The notes: generated by a model from the letters alone, not told the origin. A stretch of 64,000 nucleotides of DNA from Octopus sinensis (GCF_006345805.1 NC_043015.1:22072001-22136000), one strand, 5' to 3'. Counted from the first letter of the stretch, positions 24,151-39,091 are shown. A program made the numbers and translations.

Positions 24151-25477
24151 ATTTAACTGTCAAAATAGAGACCAAATAAACAAATAATTATCTCACCCCT
24201 CACTGAATCCTAATTTTCGTTTATTTTAAATGCAAGATTTTGCCAGGAATTAAAGTTATGAAAAAATGCGTTTAATGACATGTTTTTCGATATATTATAG
24301 GGATAAGTATGATAAATTACAATTTCAGGGATTCTTCTGAAGTGTAAGAATACTTACACTTCATTGGTATATTTTCGTGCAGAGGGGTATCTCGATATTT
24401 TCTACGTAGTCTTTATTATATCTAGTAGTTATCAACGACGCACATTATCACCAGTTTCTGCGAATTCCAGATTTTACAGTATTTCAGTTATAGTAACAAG
24501 CATGAATGTATCATTGATGTATTGTTGTATATCAGTATTTCCCCATTGCTTCATCATTTTGAATATGTAATCAGTATGAAGTAGTATAGTTAAAGGTTAT
24601 GATAAACATCGAAACTTTGTTGGGTAAACATGTGAAATATTATAGACACCGCGGAAAAATATAATATAAAGACATTGATAACGGGAAGTATTCATAATCA
24701 AACACGATATCGAAGGAATATTTTCCATGAATTCAATATTTAACTATATTCTCTATGGTGTAAATATTTGTCAAAGCGTAGATTTATCTATAAGAAAATA
24801 TATTATTGTATAAAGTTTGCCATATATTATGATCGGTAACACAGCAATTCTGGTGGCAATGAGATTCTGTGAATAGGCTTCTCAGCAACATGTTATATAA
24901 ATGTGTGCGCGTGTTTGTGCGTGCATGTGTGCGTGTGTGTATATGTGTGTGTATGTGTGTGTGCTACTGTCTTTTGTGAAATATAGAAGAAAATGTTCTG
25001 GCATAAACTATAGGTTGAGGAAATAAATGAAACACCTGGAAGAAATGAAAGGGAATAAAATTGATCGTATGAGGCGAAGTAAAATGTGGGAGGGGTGAAA
25101 AATGTGTATGACAGTAACTTTACGCGAGGAAAATGATAAAGTACGACACTTGATTTATATAACGTATAAAGTAAAAACGACAAATGCTTATTAGATTTCG
25201 TGTTAAGAAAATATAAGTTAAAAGGAAAATATCGTGTTCTTGAAGCAACAAAGAAATATTTTTTCAATTTTTGTGAAAATAAGAAAACAACAACAACAAA
25301 AAATACATAACATGAAGACCTTCATATTCAGTGTAGCTTTCTGAGAAATATATAAGGCGAAAAAAGAAATCAAAACAAAAACAAGATATTGTCATCAAAA
25401 ATATTTGCTTTCCAGGAATTGATGACCATTCAAATATGACAGCTGTATTATAAAACTGACGCAATCCAGAGATAAAG

Positions 25478-25538
<61 letters not shown>

Positions 25539-28500
25539 TATATTTGCGCGCAGGTGTGTGTGTTTAAGTGTATATATATATTTATGTATATGTGTGTCTT
25601 TATATATGTGTATATACTGCCAATTGTTTCCATAATGAAAATGTTGGGCTTTAAATGTACATTACTCTTGATGCACATTACATAGAAAAAATTGTTTATT
25701 CCTAGAATGTGATTCTGCACTCCAAGTGTCGATAAATCCTACGATACGCTCGCATTTATTATTATACTATACTTACACATAAATCAATGGTATGGTTCTT
25801 CTTAAATATAAAAGCAAACAGTTAAAACAATTATAATTTGTTCGCTGCAACAAGCGAAAATTTTATAGAAAAGAATGAAGAAAAATGTCATATTCATATG
25901 AATTATTTAAAAATAAAATATGATACAAATTATTTCCGTTTGTCAGAATGCATAACCAATAACTGGGCCAAATATTTATTTCCTGCTTGAAAATAAATAT
26001 CTAAATTGAATTGACAGGCTTTGAACTCAGAAACATAATTGTAAAAATAAAAATAAAAGAATAAATTTATCTTGTTTAATAGGGTGCATATCACTTTTGT
26101 GTTGTTGCGTTTTGTTATTGTTTACGGGAATTTAATTCAAGTCGGCCCCATGATATTTTCCTTAACCTCCAACATATTTGTTCAGAAAAGAGAAAGTTAT
26201 CCTACGGCAAGAATGAGAACTCCTCGAAAATATTTTGTGTTAAATAGTTGAAATGTATAATGTATAATGTATAATGTCTGCTGAATTGTAAATGTTATCA
26301 ATTGTACATACAAAACTATATTTAACTGACTGAATCGTTTGATCGCCATGCAAAATATTTTGCCGTAGTTGTTCTGAATGTTTACGACCTTATTTAATAT
26401 TCTACTGACGTCATTTCTGCATTTCGTCTTTGCCAAATGAACAGCGATTTCATGTACACGTATAAGCGTTCGTGAAAATAAATAGCGATAGTTTCTGGCT
26501 GCATACATTTTCTATCCTTGAGATGTTGTGGAACAGCAACAAAAATGTTATTTTTCTAAAATACACGAACGAATGCAATGAGTATGCGTGTGTGTTCTCC
26601 ACCTTCAATTCCGTGCAAACCACGTAGTCATTGTAAGCGTTTACTTAGTGAGAGTTTACCGAGATGATGACGCGAAGGTAGAGGGTTAAAGGTTTTCTTC
26701 GAACAACGTAAATGAATTAAAAGAATAAAAAAACTGAGTAGAATATTAAGATGGCAAAAATATGATCAATTGAAAATTCAAAAAGATAAAAAGTACAAAA
26801 AATGCACGCAAGTTGTTTGTGTAAGAATCAAGAAAATTGAATGCCGATAGTTTCTTTCAAATGTTTCGTAACATAGATTAATATAGAATTACAAGTTAGT
26901 TACAGCTATACTCAGATATGCTCTAGCCGAGAAGAAATACAGTTCAAAAAACACCAGTTATATTCCAAATATCAGAGGATTGCATGCATCAAGCATGGTT
27001 TAAGTCACGTAAGTCTAGGAAAAGGACTGTTCTTAGATATGTATCACACATACCCATGGATGAGCAGAACTATATTAATGTAACGTAAAGCAGTCTCCTG
27101 ACAAATGGCTAAATAGGTCCTTAGCCTTGCGTGAATACACAGGGGAGCAGCGTAAGTATAAAATAATAAACCGAAGGATTTAATAGCAAGCAAATATTGT
27201 ATCTATTGGCAGAAATTCATGAACCTTCGGACTGTTTGTTGGATATCCAACCACACACGTGAAATTTGAGGTGAGCGGCCTCGTTTAATACTGAAGCTTC
27301 TACGTCACTGGCGACCCCACGTTTCTAGTCTCATCAAGCAACTATTGACATTAAGAAATATGAGAGTAAGGAAAATATCTATTATGATAGTCAGCATGAA
27401 CATAGACACAAATATGAGAAAGGCAAATTGAGAATGTGAAAATGGAGCGCAAACGATTCAAAACAGATGTATTGGGCTTGTATGAATTACATTGGACAGA
27501 TACTTATCAAATAAGGCCATTTATTTAGAAGGACATCTGCAACAAAAGAGTGTTGAGTTCGATACTGATAAACATCATGTTCAGTTTACAAAAAGACAGA
27601 AGGTAGTATCAGATCAAAGTGCATATCCTTTATATAATACATCAATACACTCGCGGGCGTCATTAAGTCAGAGAGAAGTGAGAGCAGTGAAGATCTTGAA
27701 TACGTTTATAATAATATGGAGATAAACAATACAATTGTCCAGAGGTACAAAATATAATAGTTGATTCACGTGGCGTAATTACTTTGTGACATGAAATGCC
27801 AATTGTTGTTGCAATGGGAGAAAGAAAACACGTTCACAGTTATGAACGCCTGTATTGAAGGTGTTTGAAGATGTAAAAGACAAGGAGAACATAAACAATC
27901 ACATTGTGCTTATGAATATAAAAATATATGATATATGACCGAAACTCGATTGTAAGCACCAAATCCTCTAAATGTCCAAATTTCAGGTATAGCTGCAATG
28001 AAATTCTCTTCAGTATTAAGTATTTCAGTTGTGAAAGAGAAGAAAACTGTAAGAATGTTTGTTCATTAAAATTGAAGGAACACTTTATTGCACATCAAAA
28101 TATTACAAGAAAATACACGACAGAGTTTATAGACACATAAGCGATGTGCAAAGACCTAAAATATGTACAAGCTTACTACGAGATTCTCGGGATTTTGCAA
28201 TATAAACACTGCAGCAGAGAATAGTTTCCACATTTAGGAAAAGTAACAGAAGAAGGAGAAAATGAGCAAAGAAAATGACAGACAATAGCAAAAGCTGAAT
28301 GAAAAGATAAAAAGAAACGTGGTCAGGTGAAGAACAGTGGTTTGGATGACGAATGTGATATTACTGAAAAACTATTGCACGCATACATTATGCTAGGAAA
28401 CAAAATATCTCAGAGAAAAATACACCCGTCTATCAACAGGATATGGGAATCTAAAGAAAGACACTGAATAAGAGGCAGAAAAGAGTTTTGAAATATAGAT

Positions 28501-28689
28501 TAATTACTTAAGATAAATATACGACAAGACCAATTCCTATCATGTACAGATACATGAAAAAAAGAAACATAGAAGGGCCAGCAGTCACGTGACCGATGGA
28601 GCCTTGCTTCACAACATTTATTATCTCACGGCATATTAAAGATATAATCTTATTATGATGCTTTCAATTTGTTTTCCAGTGTTTAATAC

Positions 28690-28960
28690 CCTTCGCTATA
28701 TAGTGTGCTTATGTACCATGCCATGGTTCCCCAGAAGGTGTTACAGCCATTCTTACACTGTTTGCCAGCTTGCCACTGTTCTCTTTGAATTGTTTCATCC
28801 ATTGGACTGCGACCATGCTATGGTAGTAACGTTTAGAGTTTAGTCGAGCAATGGTTTATTTTAATCCTGAGATTTATTTATCTGTGTCTATATACCAAGA
28901 TGATACGTTTCGTACACGCAACCACACCAAATCCTGTTCCTAAGAGATGATGCGGCACAA
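28690..28960 (-). mobile_element. SINE family B 3' part, degraded
   Basis: tttcatccattggactgcgaccatgcta...tttagtcgagcaa resembles 52620-52680. Confidence 0.5.
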
Positions 28961-28994
28961 GCACAGCAATATAGATGGATATATAAATATATAT

Positions 28995-29047
<53 letters not shown>

Positions 29048-29064
29048 GTGTGTGTGTGTGTGTA

Positions 29065-29295
29065 TAGGGTTGGCCAAATGTCACCCGACAGTAAATCTAA
29101 ATTCCATAAATACTATCAGTAGTTATGTATTGAGTCGAATAGTAAAATGTGTCACTCAAGAGGACTTCAGTTTGAACAATTTCCATGATATTACATATTT
29201 AAATGTTTTATTAAATTAATTCAGCTGTTAAACATAAATAAATCTGGAAATTAAATAGTTTTGATTTACTAACAGTCGACCTCTGGCCAACACTG
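29065..29295. mobile_element. Tc1/mariner-type MITE (231 bp)
   Basis: Imperfect TIRs tagggttggccaaatgtc... / ...gacctctggccaacactg, flanked by TA at 29063-64 and 29296-97; no coding capacity. Confidence 0.75.
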
Positions 29296-30214
29296 TATAT
29301 ATTCGTACACAAATCACATACGCACTCACACGTGTTTTTCCATATGACACTTTTGCTTTCTGTTTTTCCTTTTGTTATCGGTGCGACATTCCATATAGAT
29401 TATATTCCATCAGTATTTGAATAAAATTAGAATTCGAGTGGAATATTTAATTTCTCAATTATTCTTGGTCGATCTTCATATCAACCGAACATATACGTGA
29501 TTCTTTTCTCTTCTTTTTTGTTTCTGATACAGAGACGATCTCTTATTTAAGTACTTCAAATTTTACTTTATACTTGCGCAGAATTTATTGATTTGTCACG
29601 TTTTTCTAATTCATTTCTTCGATGTACGATTGTTGGGAAACTGCAGATTTGTGGTGTCAGGCCTGCAGATATATGGACAATAACTCTATCAGCCGACATC
29701 GTTGTACACATCACCCCTGACGTGCGCTGGGAAGAGAAGCATGCTCTTCATTCTGCTGGATATGGTGATACAGGTTCTTTGATGGCCGAGAATAAAAAAA
29801 AAGTGACAGATGTGTACTTCTTCGTCCAAACCATCGTCAATTACTTTTAAAATTTCACTTCTGAACCAAGGTTGTACTGGAGTTGTAGATGTGTCCTTTC
29901 AACTCTAGAGAATTCTTTGAAGGGTAGGTAAGACTGGTGAGTGCGTATCCAGAAACGACTGTTGCTAAACGTGATTGATAAATTGAGGGATCCTTTTGAG
30001 AAAGCCCATAGCAGTAGTGCATTGCCTTCGGGAACCTCGATATTACGTGTGTTTTATTCCTATTTTTTCAAGTATTTTTGTGGATATGGTTATACCGTCT
30101 TCCTTGTTTTTGAGCAATTTTGTCTGAAACTTTTTCGGTACCATTATCGTGATTATAATGATCATCATCATTGTCATCATCATCATCAGCAGCATTTTAT
30201 TATCAGTAGTATTA

Positions 30215-31035
30215 TTTGCTGAAAATTCAAATTATTTTGATGGATATAATGGTGTCAATTGTCCACAGTCAGCAGACTAAGGTTTTGGTTTTGTGCATAA
30301 TATTGTCCTAGAGAATGTTTAAGAAAACAAGAAAATTATGAGATTGTTTTAAAACTTGAGATTACATAGACAGTAATTTACACAGGATATGGGCAGTTCC
30401 CATGAGCACTATCTTTTGAATTTCTGCCATTTTGGGGTTTTCCTGGTATCTGAGTTAGGTAGCAACCATCCCCTTTTGCTATCATTCCTAGGGCACATAT
30501 GACAACATGTATTGTTGTAGTCCTTAGGTTCCACATTTTGCCAATTTCTATTTCAAGATCTTTATATTTGCTCAGATTTTGGTAGGTCTTGAGAGATACG
30601 TTTATATCGATTGGGGCAGTCATATCAATGAGGAGGCATGTTTTTTGTCTGAAGTCTTTCAATATGATGTCTGGCCTATTTGCATCTATCTTTCTGTCAG
30701 TTTGAATGGTGTAGTTCCAGAGGAGTGAGATGTGATCATTTTCAAGCACTGGGAGTAGTTTGCGTTACCATCAGTTTTTAAAATGAGGCAAGTCCAGATT
30801 TTTGCATATTACACAGTTAATATATTGTGCAGCTCTATCATGCCTGTCGTACAAGAACACTGCAAATGGAGACAACAGGATCAATTGTGTCATTTTGTTG
30901 TTGACATACACGATATACTGGGGAGCTACCGTTCTTTAATCTGTTGGTCTGGTACTTTCTTGTAGGTAGGCATTGATCTTGGGAAATGTCAGCTGTCCAC
31001 AGCCAGCAGACAAAGGTGACACTTGTTTACTAGTC
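30215..31035 (-). mobile_element. RLE-bearing non-LTR retrotransposon (R4/Dong-like) 3' fragment: CCHC-like region plus restriction-like endonuclease
   Basis: ORF 30378..30749 LWNYTIQTDRKIDANRPDII..KYKDLEIEI..ALG; upstream QDQCLPTRKYQ..RHDRAAQY; ends in a decayed (GAT/AAT)n tail. Confidence 0.9.
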
Positions 31036-31199
31036 ATGCTTCAAGAACCCAGTGAAGAATTCTTGCAGTTCCAAGCAATGCTGATTTTCGTAGGCGTTTT
31101 TCCTTCATCCTTGCACCAATCTTTTTCAGCCATGTTGGTAGTTGAGTGCTGATACTTCAAAGTGAGACAATTTCTATTGGTATCACGTCTACTCCCCTC

Positions 31200-31460
31200 A
31201 TTGACCACAAACTTCATATTTCCCACTTCGAATAGTCATGGTTGTTTATTTTTCCTTCTGCTTTCACACTGGTCTTTTTGTCGAATATCATGCATGTTCT
31301 TTCTTTTTTATTCATCATAACAATATCCGCTTTCCGATGTCTGGTCGGGTGATCGCACTGAAGCATCCCACAGGATTTTGAAATTCTCATTCTTGGTGAC
31401 TCCTTCTGGGGTTTGCTCACACCGCGTCTTTGTTCTTTGTAAGCCATGATGTTCACAGAG
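31200..31460 (-). mobile_element. Second RLE-LINE endonuclease fragment (different subfamily)
   Basis: ENFKILWDA..QCDHPTRHRKADIVMMNKKERTCMIFD in ORF 31214..31456 and the adjacent frame. Confidence 0.75.
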
Positions 31461-31781
31461 CTCCCAATGGATCATTCTTACTACATCGTCATGACGTCAC
31501 TTTTATTCGCGTTGTGCAAATTTCGGGCATTCGCTAACGATGTGGCATAGTGTTTCACCCCTTTCACCACACATTCTGTATTTGTTGCTGGCGGTATTGT
31601 TGCACATGTTAATCATTAACATTTCTCTGTCTTCAGGTCACTCCTCCTCATCCAGAGCAACCGGTTCTCAGTATCGGCCTTGGCGTTCACATCGCCTGCA
31701 AACTGACCGTACATTTTTACCTTCCATGCATTTTCATTTTTGTGTTCATTTCATCTTTAAATTTGTCTTTCATTTCACAAC

Positions 31782-31845
<64 letters not shown>

Positions 31846-31999
31846 GTATTGCCTCTGCAAAACTTCTAATGCTGGAGATGTACTACGGTGTCTCCTGTCC
31901 ACTATCAGTGAACTAAGGTTACAAACGTTATATTTCGAGCACCATCAGGAAGATTCAAGTGACTCCAAGCAGTGCTGTTTTCTGAAGGTGCTCCACCGT
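31846..31999 (-). mobile_element. RLE-LINE extreme 3' end with (AAT)n tail
   Basis: Minus strand TVEHLQKTALLGVT*IFLMVLEI*, then 3' UTR and perfect (AAT)n at about 31784-31845. Confidence 0.75.
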
Positions 32000-32023
32000 T
32001 ATCATCATTATCATTATTATTAC

Positions 32024-32073
<50 letters not shown>

Positions 32074-32099
32074 TATTATTATCATCATCATTATAGTAC

Positions 32100-32260
32100 G
32101 CGGTAGCAAAATAATTATTGGTATATCGTCCATTGTTAAATTCTCAGTTCAAATTCTGCCAGGTTCTACTTTTTCTGCCGTTCTTCTTTTTGGGGTCCAT
32201 AAATTATGTACCAATTAGGCAATTAGGTCGATGTAATTGACTTATTCGCTCCCCCTAATT
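32100..32260 (+). mobile_element. SINE family A, degraded
   Basis: gttcaaattctgcc...ggggtccataaattatgtacca...ggtcgatgtaattgactta matches 43256-43350. Confidence 0.7.
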
Positions 32261-32279
32261 CACCTTTTGTGACTGTAAT

Positions 32280-32465
32280 TGTGTTACAATTATAATCATT
32301 GTTACTCTTATTATTATTATTATTATTATTATATTATTATTATTATTATTACCATTATTGTTATTATTATTATTATCATCTTCAACATCATCATCACAAG
32401 TGGTAGCAGCAGCAGCTTTAGTAGTAGTAGTAGTAGTAGTAGTAATAGTAGTAGTAGTAGGAGGA
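32280..32465. repeat. Compound (ATT)n/(AGC)n/(AGT)n microsatellite
   Basis: Direct reading. Confidence 0.9.
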
Positions 32466-32984
32466 GGAGTATGTGTAAGGCCCTTACTTGCTTGGGTTCG
32501 TTGTACTTTAACTTCAACGGCTGTTGCATGATTGTTATTTAATGATTGGTTACATGTTGCATGCATAGAGAGGAAGGATTGCCTTTTGAATTAAACAGTT
32601 GACTCAATCCCACCCTCCCCAGACCATTAATGATCGTAGCATCCAACGAATTTACGAATTTGCTGAAAGTCAGTGATTGCTTTTCCCAAACGTAATGCGT
32701 AACCCGCCTAATCATGCATTTCGTAATCAGCAACTTTCAACGCATCACAAACATTTTTTAGTTTGATTTTCCGAGACTCTTTCTTTTTTACTTCATATTA
32801 TTTGTTTCTTTTTCTTTAGTGCTTTTATCTCATTTTTTTCTTCTTTTTTATTTTCTTTCCTGATATATTTCCACTTCCCATGTTTCTTGTTATTTTACAG
32901 CTTCTGTTTCCGTTTTTCCTGCTGTTGTTCATCTTTCTCTGCGTTTTTCTCCCGTTTTCCTCACTCTTTTACTCTTATTGGTGT

Positions 32985-33402
32985 TTCAAAGTTAAGAATC
33001 TTCGTTGCCAACGATAGGGTTCCGAGTTCAGTCCCTCTGCACCACACCTTTTGCATTGCACGTGTCTTCAACAATAATCTGGGGTTGTAGAAGGCTTTGT
33101 GAGATTTGCCAGACCTAAACTCAAGGAAGACCGTCGGATATATATATATGTGTGTGTGTGTTTGTGCGTGTGTGCGTGTGTGTTTGTTTGCGTCCATGTT
33201 TGTTCTCCACAACCTCTTGATAACCGCTATTTGTTTGTTTACATTCCCATAATTTTGTGGCTCGGCCAAACAGATCGATAGATCAAGTAGCAGACTTAAC
33301 AAAAACAAGTAATGTGGTCATTTCGTTAGGCTGAAATTATTCAAGGTGGTGCCCCAGTATGGCCGCAGTCGAATGACTGCAGTAAACAGAAGAATTAAAG
33401 AA
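32985..33402 (+). mobile_element. tRNA-derived SINE family B, near full length, with internal (TA)/(TG) tract
   Basis: B-box-like gagttcagtccc near 33024-33035; body and 3' part (gtggtgccccagtatggccgcagtc) homologous to the reverse complement of 52612-53105. Confidence 0.8.
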
Positions 33403-33456
33403 AGCTTCTTCTTCTTCTTCTTCTTCTTCTTCTTCTTCTTCTTCTTCTTCTTCTTC

Positions 33457-33606
33457 TACATCTTTCTTTTTATCACAGATTTGTTCGACCGCGTGGAGTC
33501 TTCGCTACGGTACCATACTGTCCGTTCTTTTCAGCTATCTAATACTTTCCTGATTATTCTGGCCGTGCCAAGGAGTGAAGCTTTTTGTAACATTTCTACT
33601 GGGCAC

Positions 33607-33607
<1 letters not shown>
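33457..33607 (-). mobile_element. RLE-LINE extreme 3' end with (GAA)n tail
   Basis: Minus strand PVEMLQKASLLGTARIIRKVLDS*; lies between (CTT)n and (ATT)n arrays. Confidence 0.85.
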
Positions 33608-33661
<54 letters not shown>

Positions 33662-35004
33662 TATCATCATCATCATCATCATCATTAGGATTGCAACAAT
33701 TCTCAAATTATAATAATTGTTTTACTATAGGCAGGAAGGGGAACTCGTATAGAATGTGAAGCCGGAAAACATGACGCTAAGCATTTGGTCCGGGAATGAT
33801 TCAGCAAAATCTGACTTAACGTTCTACTGTAAAACGCAAGTCCTTAAATTTTGATTGGTACCAACTTGAAACATTTGATCATAATTATTTTTATCAATTT
33901 TGGGAAGATGAAACCCCAAATTATAATTTGAGAATTGTTGCAATCCTAATGCATGTAGTCTTAAATCAATCCTGTCAAGTGTATACCGGTGTGGTATTTA
34001 CTTAGTTTGCTTTAGGTTCTGATCCAGAGTTAAAATCTTCTGTATGGTTTCCTTTAAATACATTTATATGAAATTGTTAAAAGACACAGTATTGAGAAAT
34101 GGAGCAACAAAAGCCATAAAAAAAATAGTATTATATTTATAAAATAGAAGGCAAGGACCCATGTTTGGCTGGAATTTGTGTGTTTCATGTCGGATTGTAC
34201 TGAATGTTCTCATCCTCAGAAAGCTAAAAGCTGATATCTCGTGGACTTGAACAGCGAAGATAAAGAGCCACCAATAAATGTCTACTTTATATAACAACAA
34301 GCTTTGAGCAGCTTTATATATGATGATTTAACTTGTTCTAATTAGGTATGGCCATGGTTACTGTCATCATCGCTGTCGACAAGGTTCGTGTCGTTGCAAA
34401 CTTTAAAATGCTGTTCCTGTTTCGTGAGTTTGTAGTCATTTAGCTTTTAAAGGAAATATTTACAGAAAGCAATTTTATATAGATCTTTCTTTTGTAAAAA
34501 CACTGCAATCGGCCGGCACGCTAACAAGTTTATAGCAAACTGATTTCTATCCGGTATTTGTCAAAATCTTGCGAAAACCTTTTATCCCGTGACCTTCTTC
34601 TAAACGTTTGCATGACGAGAACTTTTCATTCAAATTTAGAAATAAGCTTCAGTTGTTTTATTTTCATTTTTCTGTTTTTTTTTTTATTATTTCTCTTCTG
34701 TTTGTATTTCATTTACTGTATTCTAGCAATCATTATGAAAATATGCATTTTATTGAACGTATAGAGATTACTGGAACATTACCATCAAAAATGCCAGTGA
34801 CAAAATGCAGTGTAGGAAATCCACATGAAACTGGTGATATGTGTGCATACATACACGCGCAGCCACAACGCACACATGTATATGTAGTTAATTACACACA
34901 CACACATATTCACACGCACATATAGACTCACATATATAAGTATAAATTTATATATATATATATACATATAAATACGCAATGCGTAAAGATATATTTCTTT
35001 GTAT

Positions 35005-35056
<52 letters not shown>

Positions 35057-35209
35057 TATATGTATGCATACATATATATATCTGAATATATATATATATA
35101 TATATATACACTCACATACATACACATATATATATATCCATATACACAACTACCTATCTATATATTATGCATCTCCCTCTCTCTCTCTCTGTTACTCTCT
35201 GTATATATA

Positions 35210-35343
<134 letters not shown>

Positions 35344-36018
35344 TATATGTACATATATATATGTATGTATGTATGTACATATGTATTTGAAAATATTTAT
35401 AAAAATGTTTCGATTTTTATGATCTTGTGTTCCGGTGAACTTACGTGAGTGCGTGTTTAGTTTACTTGCATGTTAGACTTCCGGTATGCTGCAATTAGTA
35501 TATATTGACAGAATCGCTACAGACTTACATGCCTCGTTGCAACACGCGAACATATATATATATTTATAGATGAACCTGCCTGTATATTTACATTTGTTTC
35601 TACCTTGGCAATTCAGCGTAAGTGTGTGCACAAATGTGTACACCATGTGATTCCTCCTGAATGTTTACTCATTGGTAAATATATAAATGTAATTTATGAA
35701 TGATGAAGTGTACGATCCGGGCAGCACTTAACAGAGTTGTCTTTCACAATCTTCTTCGTTATTCCTCCTTCTCTCCTTCTCTGTGTTAATTTTCTATCCA
35801 CGCCGTGTCTCTTTCTAGTTGTCTCTATCTTTTTTTCTATCTCTATCTGTTATCTGTTTATATAAGGTTTTATGTTTCTGCCGTTCCTGTGCTATAGAAG
35901 ATAAAAATTGGTGGTCCTAGTTCCTAATAATTCTTTAGGCGTCTCTTCAATGCTTCCCTTTCTTTATCTACAGAAATACATAGAGGCACTCTCACATACA
36001 TGCACAAAAATACATTCA

Positions 36019-36060
<42 letters not shown>

Positions 36061-36249
36061 ATTACTTAAAATTCTGGAAAAGACACTCTGTCAGTGTGTC
36101 ATTGATAGATTGTTCAATTCGATACTCCTCTATGACCATCTTCTGAATATTGAAATATATATGATAAATGAGTGTCGTTCAAATGTATCTGGCATTAGTT
36201 ATCTGACCATACCAATGTCCAGATCCTGATAGATGCAGAGAGATAGGTT

Positions 36250-36348
<99 letters not shown>

Positions 36349-36380
36349 GGATAGATAGATAGATAGGTAGGTAGGTAGGC
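36250..36380. repeat. (GATA)n microsatellite
   Basis: Direct reading. Confidence 0.95.
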
Positions 36381-36504
36381 GGTAGGTAGGTAAGTAGTTA
36401 GGCAGGTAAATAGATATACATGCCTGTGAAAGTGTAAATCCCTATGCGTGGGTGTCTGTGCTTGTATTTTTTGTACCGCACCGTTTGACAACCGTTGATG
36501 GTAC

Positions 36505-36640
36505 ATCCCTTTTAACCTAGCGGTTCGGCAATAAAGTTACGATAAAATATGTACCAGACCTTAGGAAGAAATAAGTAATGGGGTCGTCTTCTTCCACTAA
36601 ACCTTTCAAAGTGGCACTACAGCATGGCAGAAGTCAAATG
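36505..36640 (+). mobile_element. SINE family B 3' part
   Basis: gcggttcggcaa...taagtaatggggtcg...cagcatggcagaagtcaaatg. Confidence 0.65.
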
Positions 36641-37293
36641 CCTTATAAAAGTAAAGGTTAAAATGCCTGCACAAATATTCTTTTGTCTTTATTATCTATA
36701 GTAAATTGTGCTGTAGAATACAAACCAACAAATGCGTATTTTCTGCAAAAGAAGAAAAATGTCCTTTCGTTCGCAATCTCAATTTTGATTCAAGGAGAGG
36801 CATGGCAAAAATTGTAAGCTGTTTTAGTGATTTCTCATTTCAGATCCTTATACAGGCAATCAAATATATGGAATATATATACATGCACATAAACGATAAT
36901 GAAAACTCTCTCATGTTATAACGTAACATGCACGACTAACAGCGCAAAGATTTTCGCACGCACAAAATTATATGCAATATGTAGAAGCACTCACACATAA
37001 AAAACATACACATACACAACATACATACATGTTTATGCACACATCTGCACTACTTCAGGAAAACACAAACGACCAAGACTGCCATAGTTTACAAAGAACT
37101 TTTCCTTGATTATGAGTACCACCATCCCGCAAAGTGAAGCAACTTAAACAGGACGCAATAAAGCCACATTCAACCCGCACACAAACTCACAAACACACAA
37201 ATATATAACTATACATACGTTCACAGGTACATATACACAAATACATATACATAGATATATACATAATACACATAATATATGTGTGAATATGTG

Positions 37294-37330
<37 letters not shown>

Positions 37331-37476
37331 CATTAGAACCCCCCTGCCACATTTTATCAATTCAAAATAAACAATTAAGTTACACCATCTAGAAAATTAC
37401 AGATAATAGAAATATATTTAGTATTTCTAATTGAATTTTATTCCTTGTAACTTTGGATTTTATTCCCTCAAATAAT

Positions 37477-37509
<33 letters not shown>

Positions 37510-37512
37510 GTA

Positions 37513-37517
37513 GATAT

Positions 37518-37565
<48 letters not shown>

Positions 37566-37585
37566 GTAGATAGATAGATAGATAA

Positions 37586-37642
<57 letters not shown>

Positions 37643-37656
37643 CAGACAGATAAATG

Positions 37657-37727
<71 letters not shown>

Positions 37728-37742
37728 GGATAGATAGATAGA
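37513..37742. repeat. (GATA)n microsatellite
   Basis: Direct reading. Confidence 0.95.
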
Positions 37743-38079
37743 TTGCAATAACAAGGACAAGACACTTTAGTCCATCTTTCAAACTTGACAAAGTGACGAA
37801 CATATATAGAGTTCTTTTAAATTAAGATGAGAATAATTTGATCAAATTTCCATCTAATAACAGCCATACCTCGGCGGATTTTACGCATAACTGCTTTCAT
37901 TGATTTGTTTTACGAAATGTCACTTGTCTTATCGTTGGTTCTTTTCTCCTATATTTCTCTTTCCATTTGCTTTCTTCGTCTTTCTAAAGTTTCTTTTCCC
38001 TTTCTCTTTGACTTGTTCTGAATTTTTTCTCCTTCTTTTATTCATTTCCTTTTCTCTTTGTTGTAGATCTTTGATGTTT

Positions 38080-38092
38080 CCTTCTTCTTCTT

Positions 38093-38160
<68 letters not shown>

Positions 38161-38253
38161 CATTATTATTATTATATTATTATTATTATTATCATTATTA
38201 TCATTATTATTATCATTATCATTATTATCATTATTATTATTATTATCATTATT

Positions 38254-38285
<32 letters not shown>

Positions 38286-38300
38286 TATTATTATTAACAT
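38080..38300. repeat. Compound (CTT)n/(ATT)n/(ATC)n microsatellite
   Basis: Direct reading. Confidence 0.95.
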
Positions 38301-39091
38301 TATTACTCCCCTACACTTCTCTCTTTTAGTCTTTCCTCCACTTCCTCCAATTTTCTGATGTTTTCCTTTTCTTCCTCAGCTTCATTATCCCTTTCTTCCA
38401 CAAGTACCAAAACCGGTACGACTACCAATATCTCCACCACTACCACCATTGCAACTAACACGGCCACAACCACCAACACCACTGCACCAGTGTCACCACC
38501 ATCATCACCATTCCAGGCTCCCACTACCGCAATAACCATACTACCCCACAACACCCGATGCCACCGCCGTCACCGACCAATACCACCACAACCACCACCA
38601 TCACTATTTCTTGTAACGCGTCTTTCATCTTTCGAAATATCTTATTGAAATATCAGAAAATTGCATCATGATTATCTGCCAATAAATTGTGTTGTTGAGG
38701 ATTATGTGTATGATTAAAAGGTTCTACCTTAAATGGATTAGTGAAGCGTATCTATTTAATCGATCACTTCATAATGGTTACGGTTATCAAACCGTGTAAG
38801 TAGGACTTAATATGATAATCGTATATTCTGAGACATTAGGTGATACATCAAATAACAATGAATCTGGGGATAAGCTGTCAGACGTTAGCAAACAATTCCC
38901 CATATATTTATTTATATAAATATACATGTGTGTATATTTAGGTATGTATATATATATATATGAATGTTTGTATGTAGTTATTTATGTATTAATTTGCCTA
39001 TCTATATCACTATATATATGCAAACGTAAATATTTATATATATTTATATTACTAATCATATTACAAATGTATGTTAAATATACATACATAC

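Noticed and set aside
26197-26508. 103-aa minus-strand ORF with a protein-like middle
   Set aside because: No recognisable motif or convincing splice sites; length is not exceptional.
27492-27725. SLSQREVRAVKILNTFIIIW resembles a GPCR ICL3/TM6 junction
   Set aside because: Closed by stops on both sides; no TM5 or NPxxY-like TM7 nearby; likely chance.
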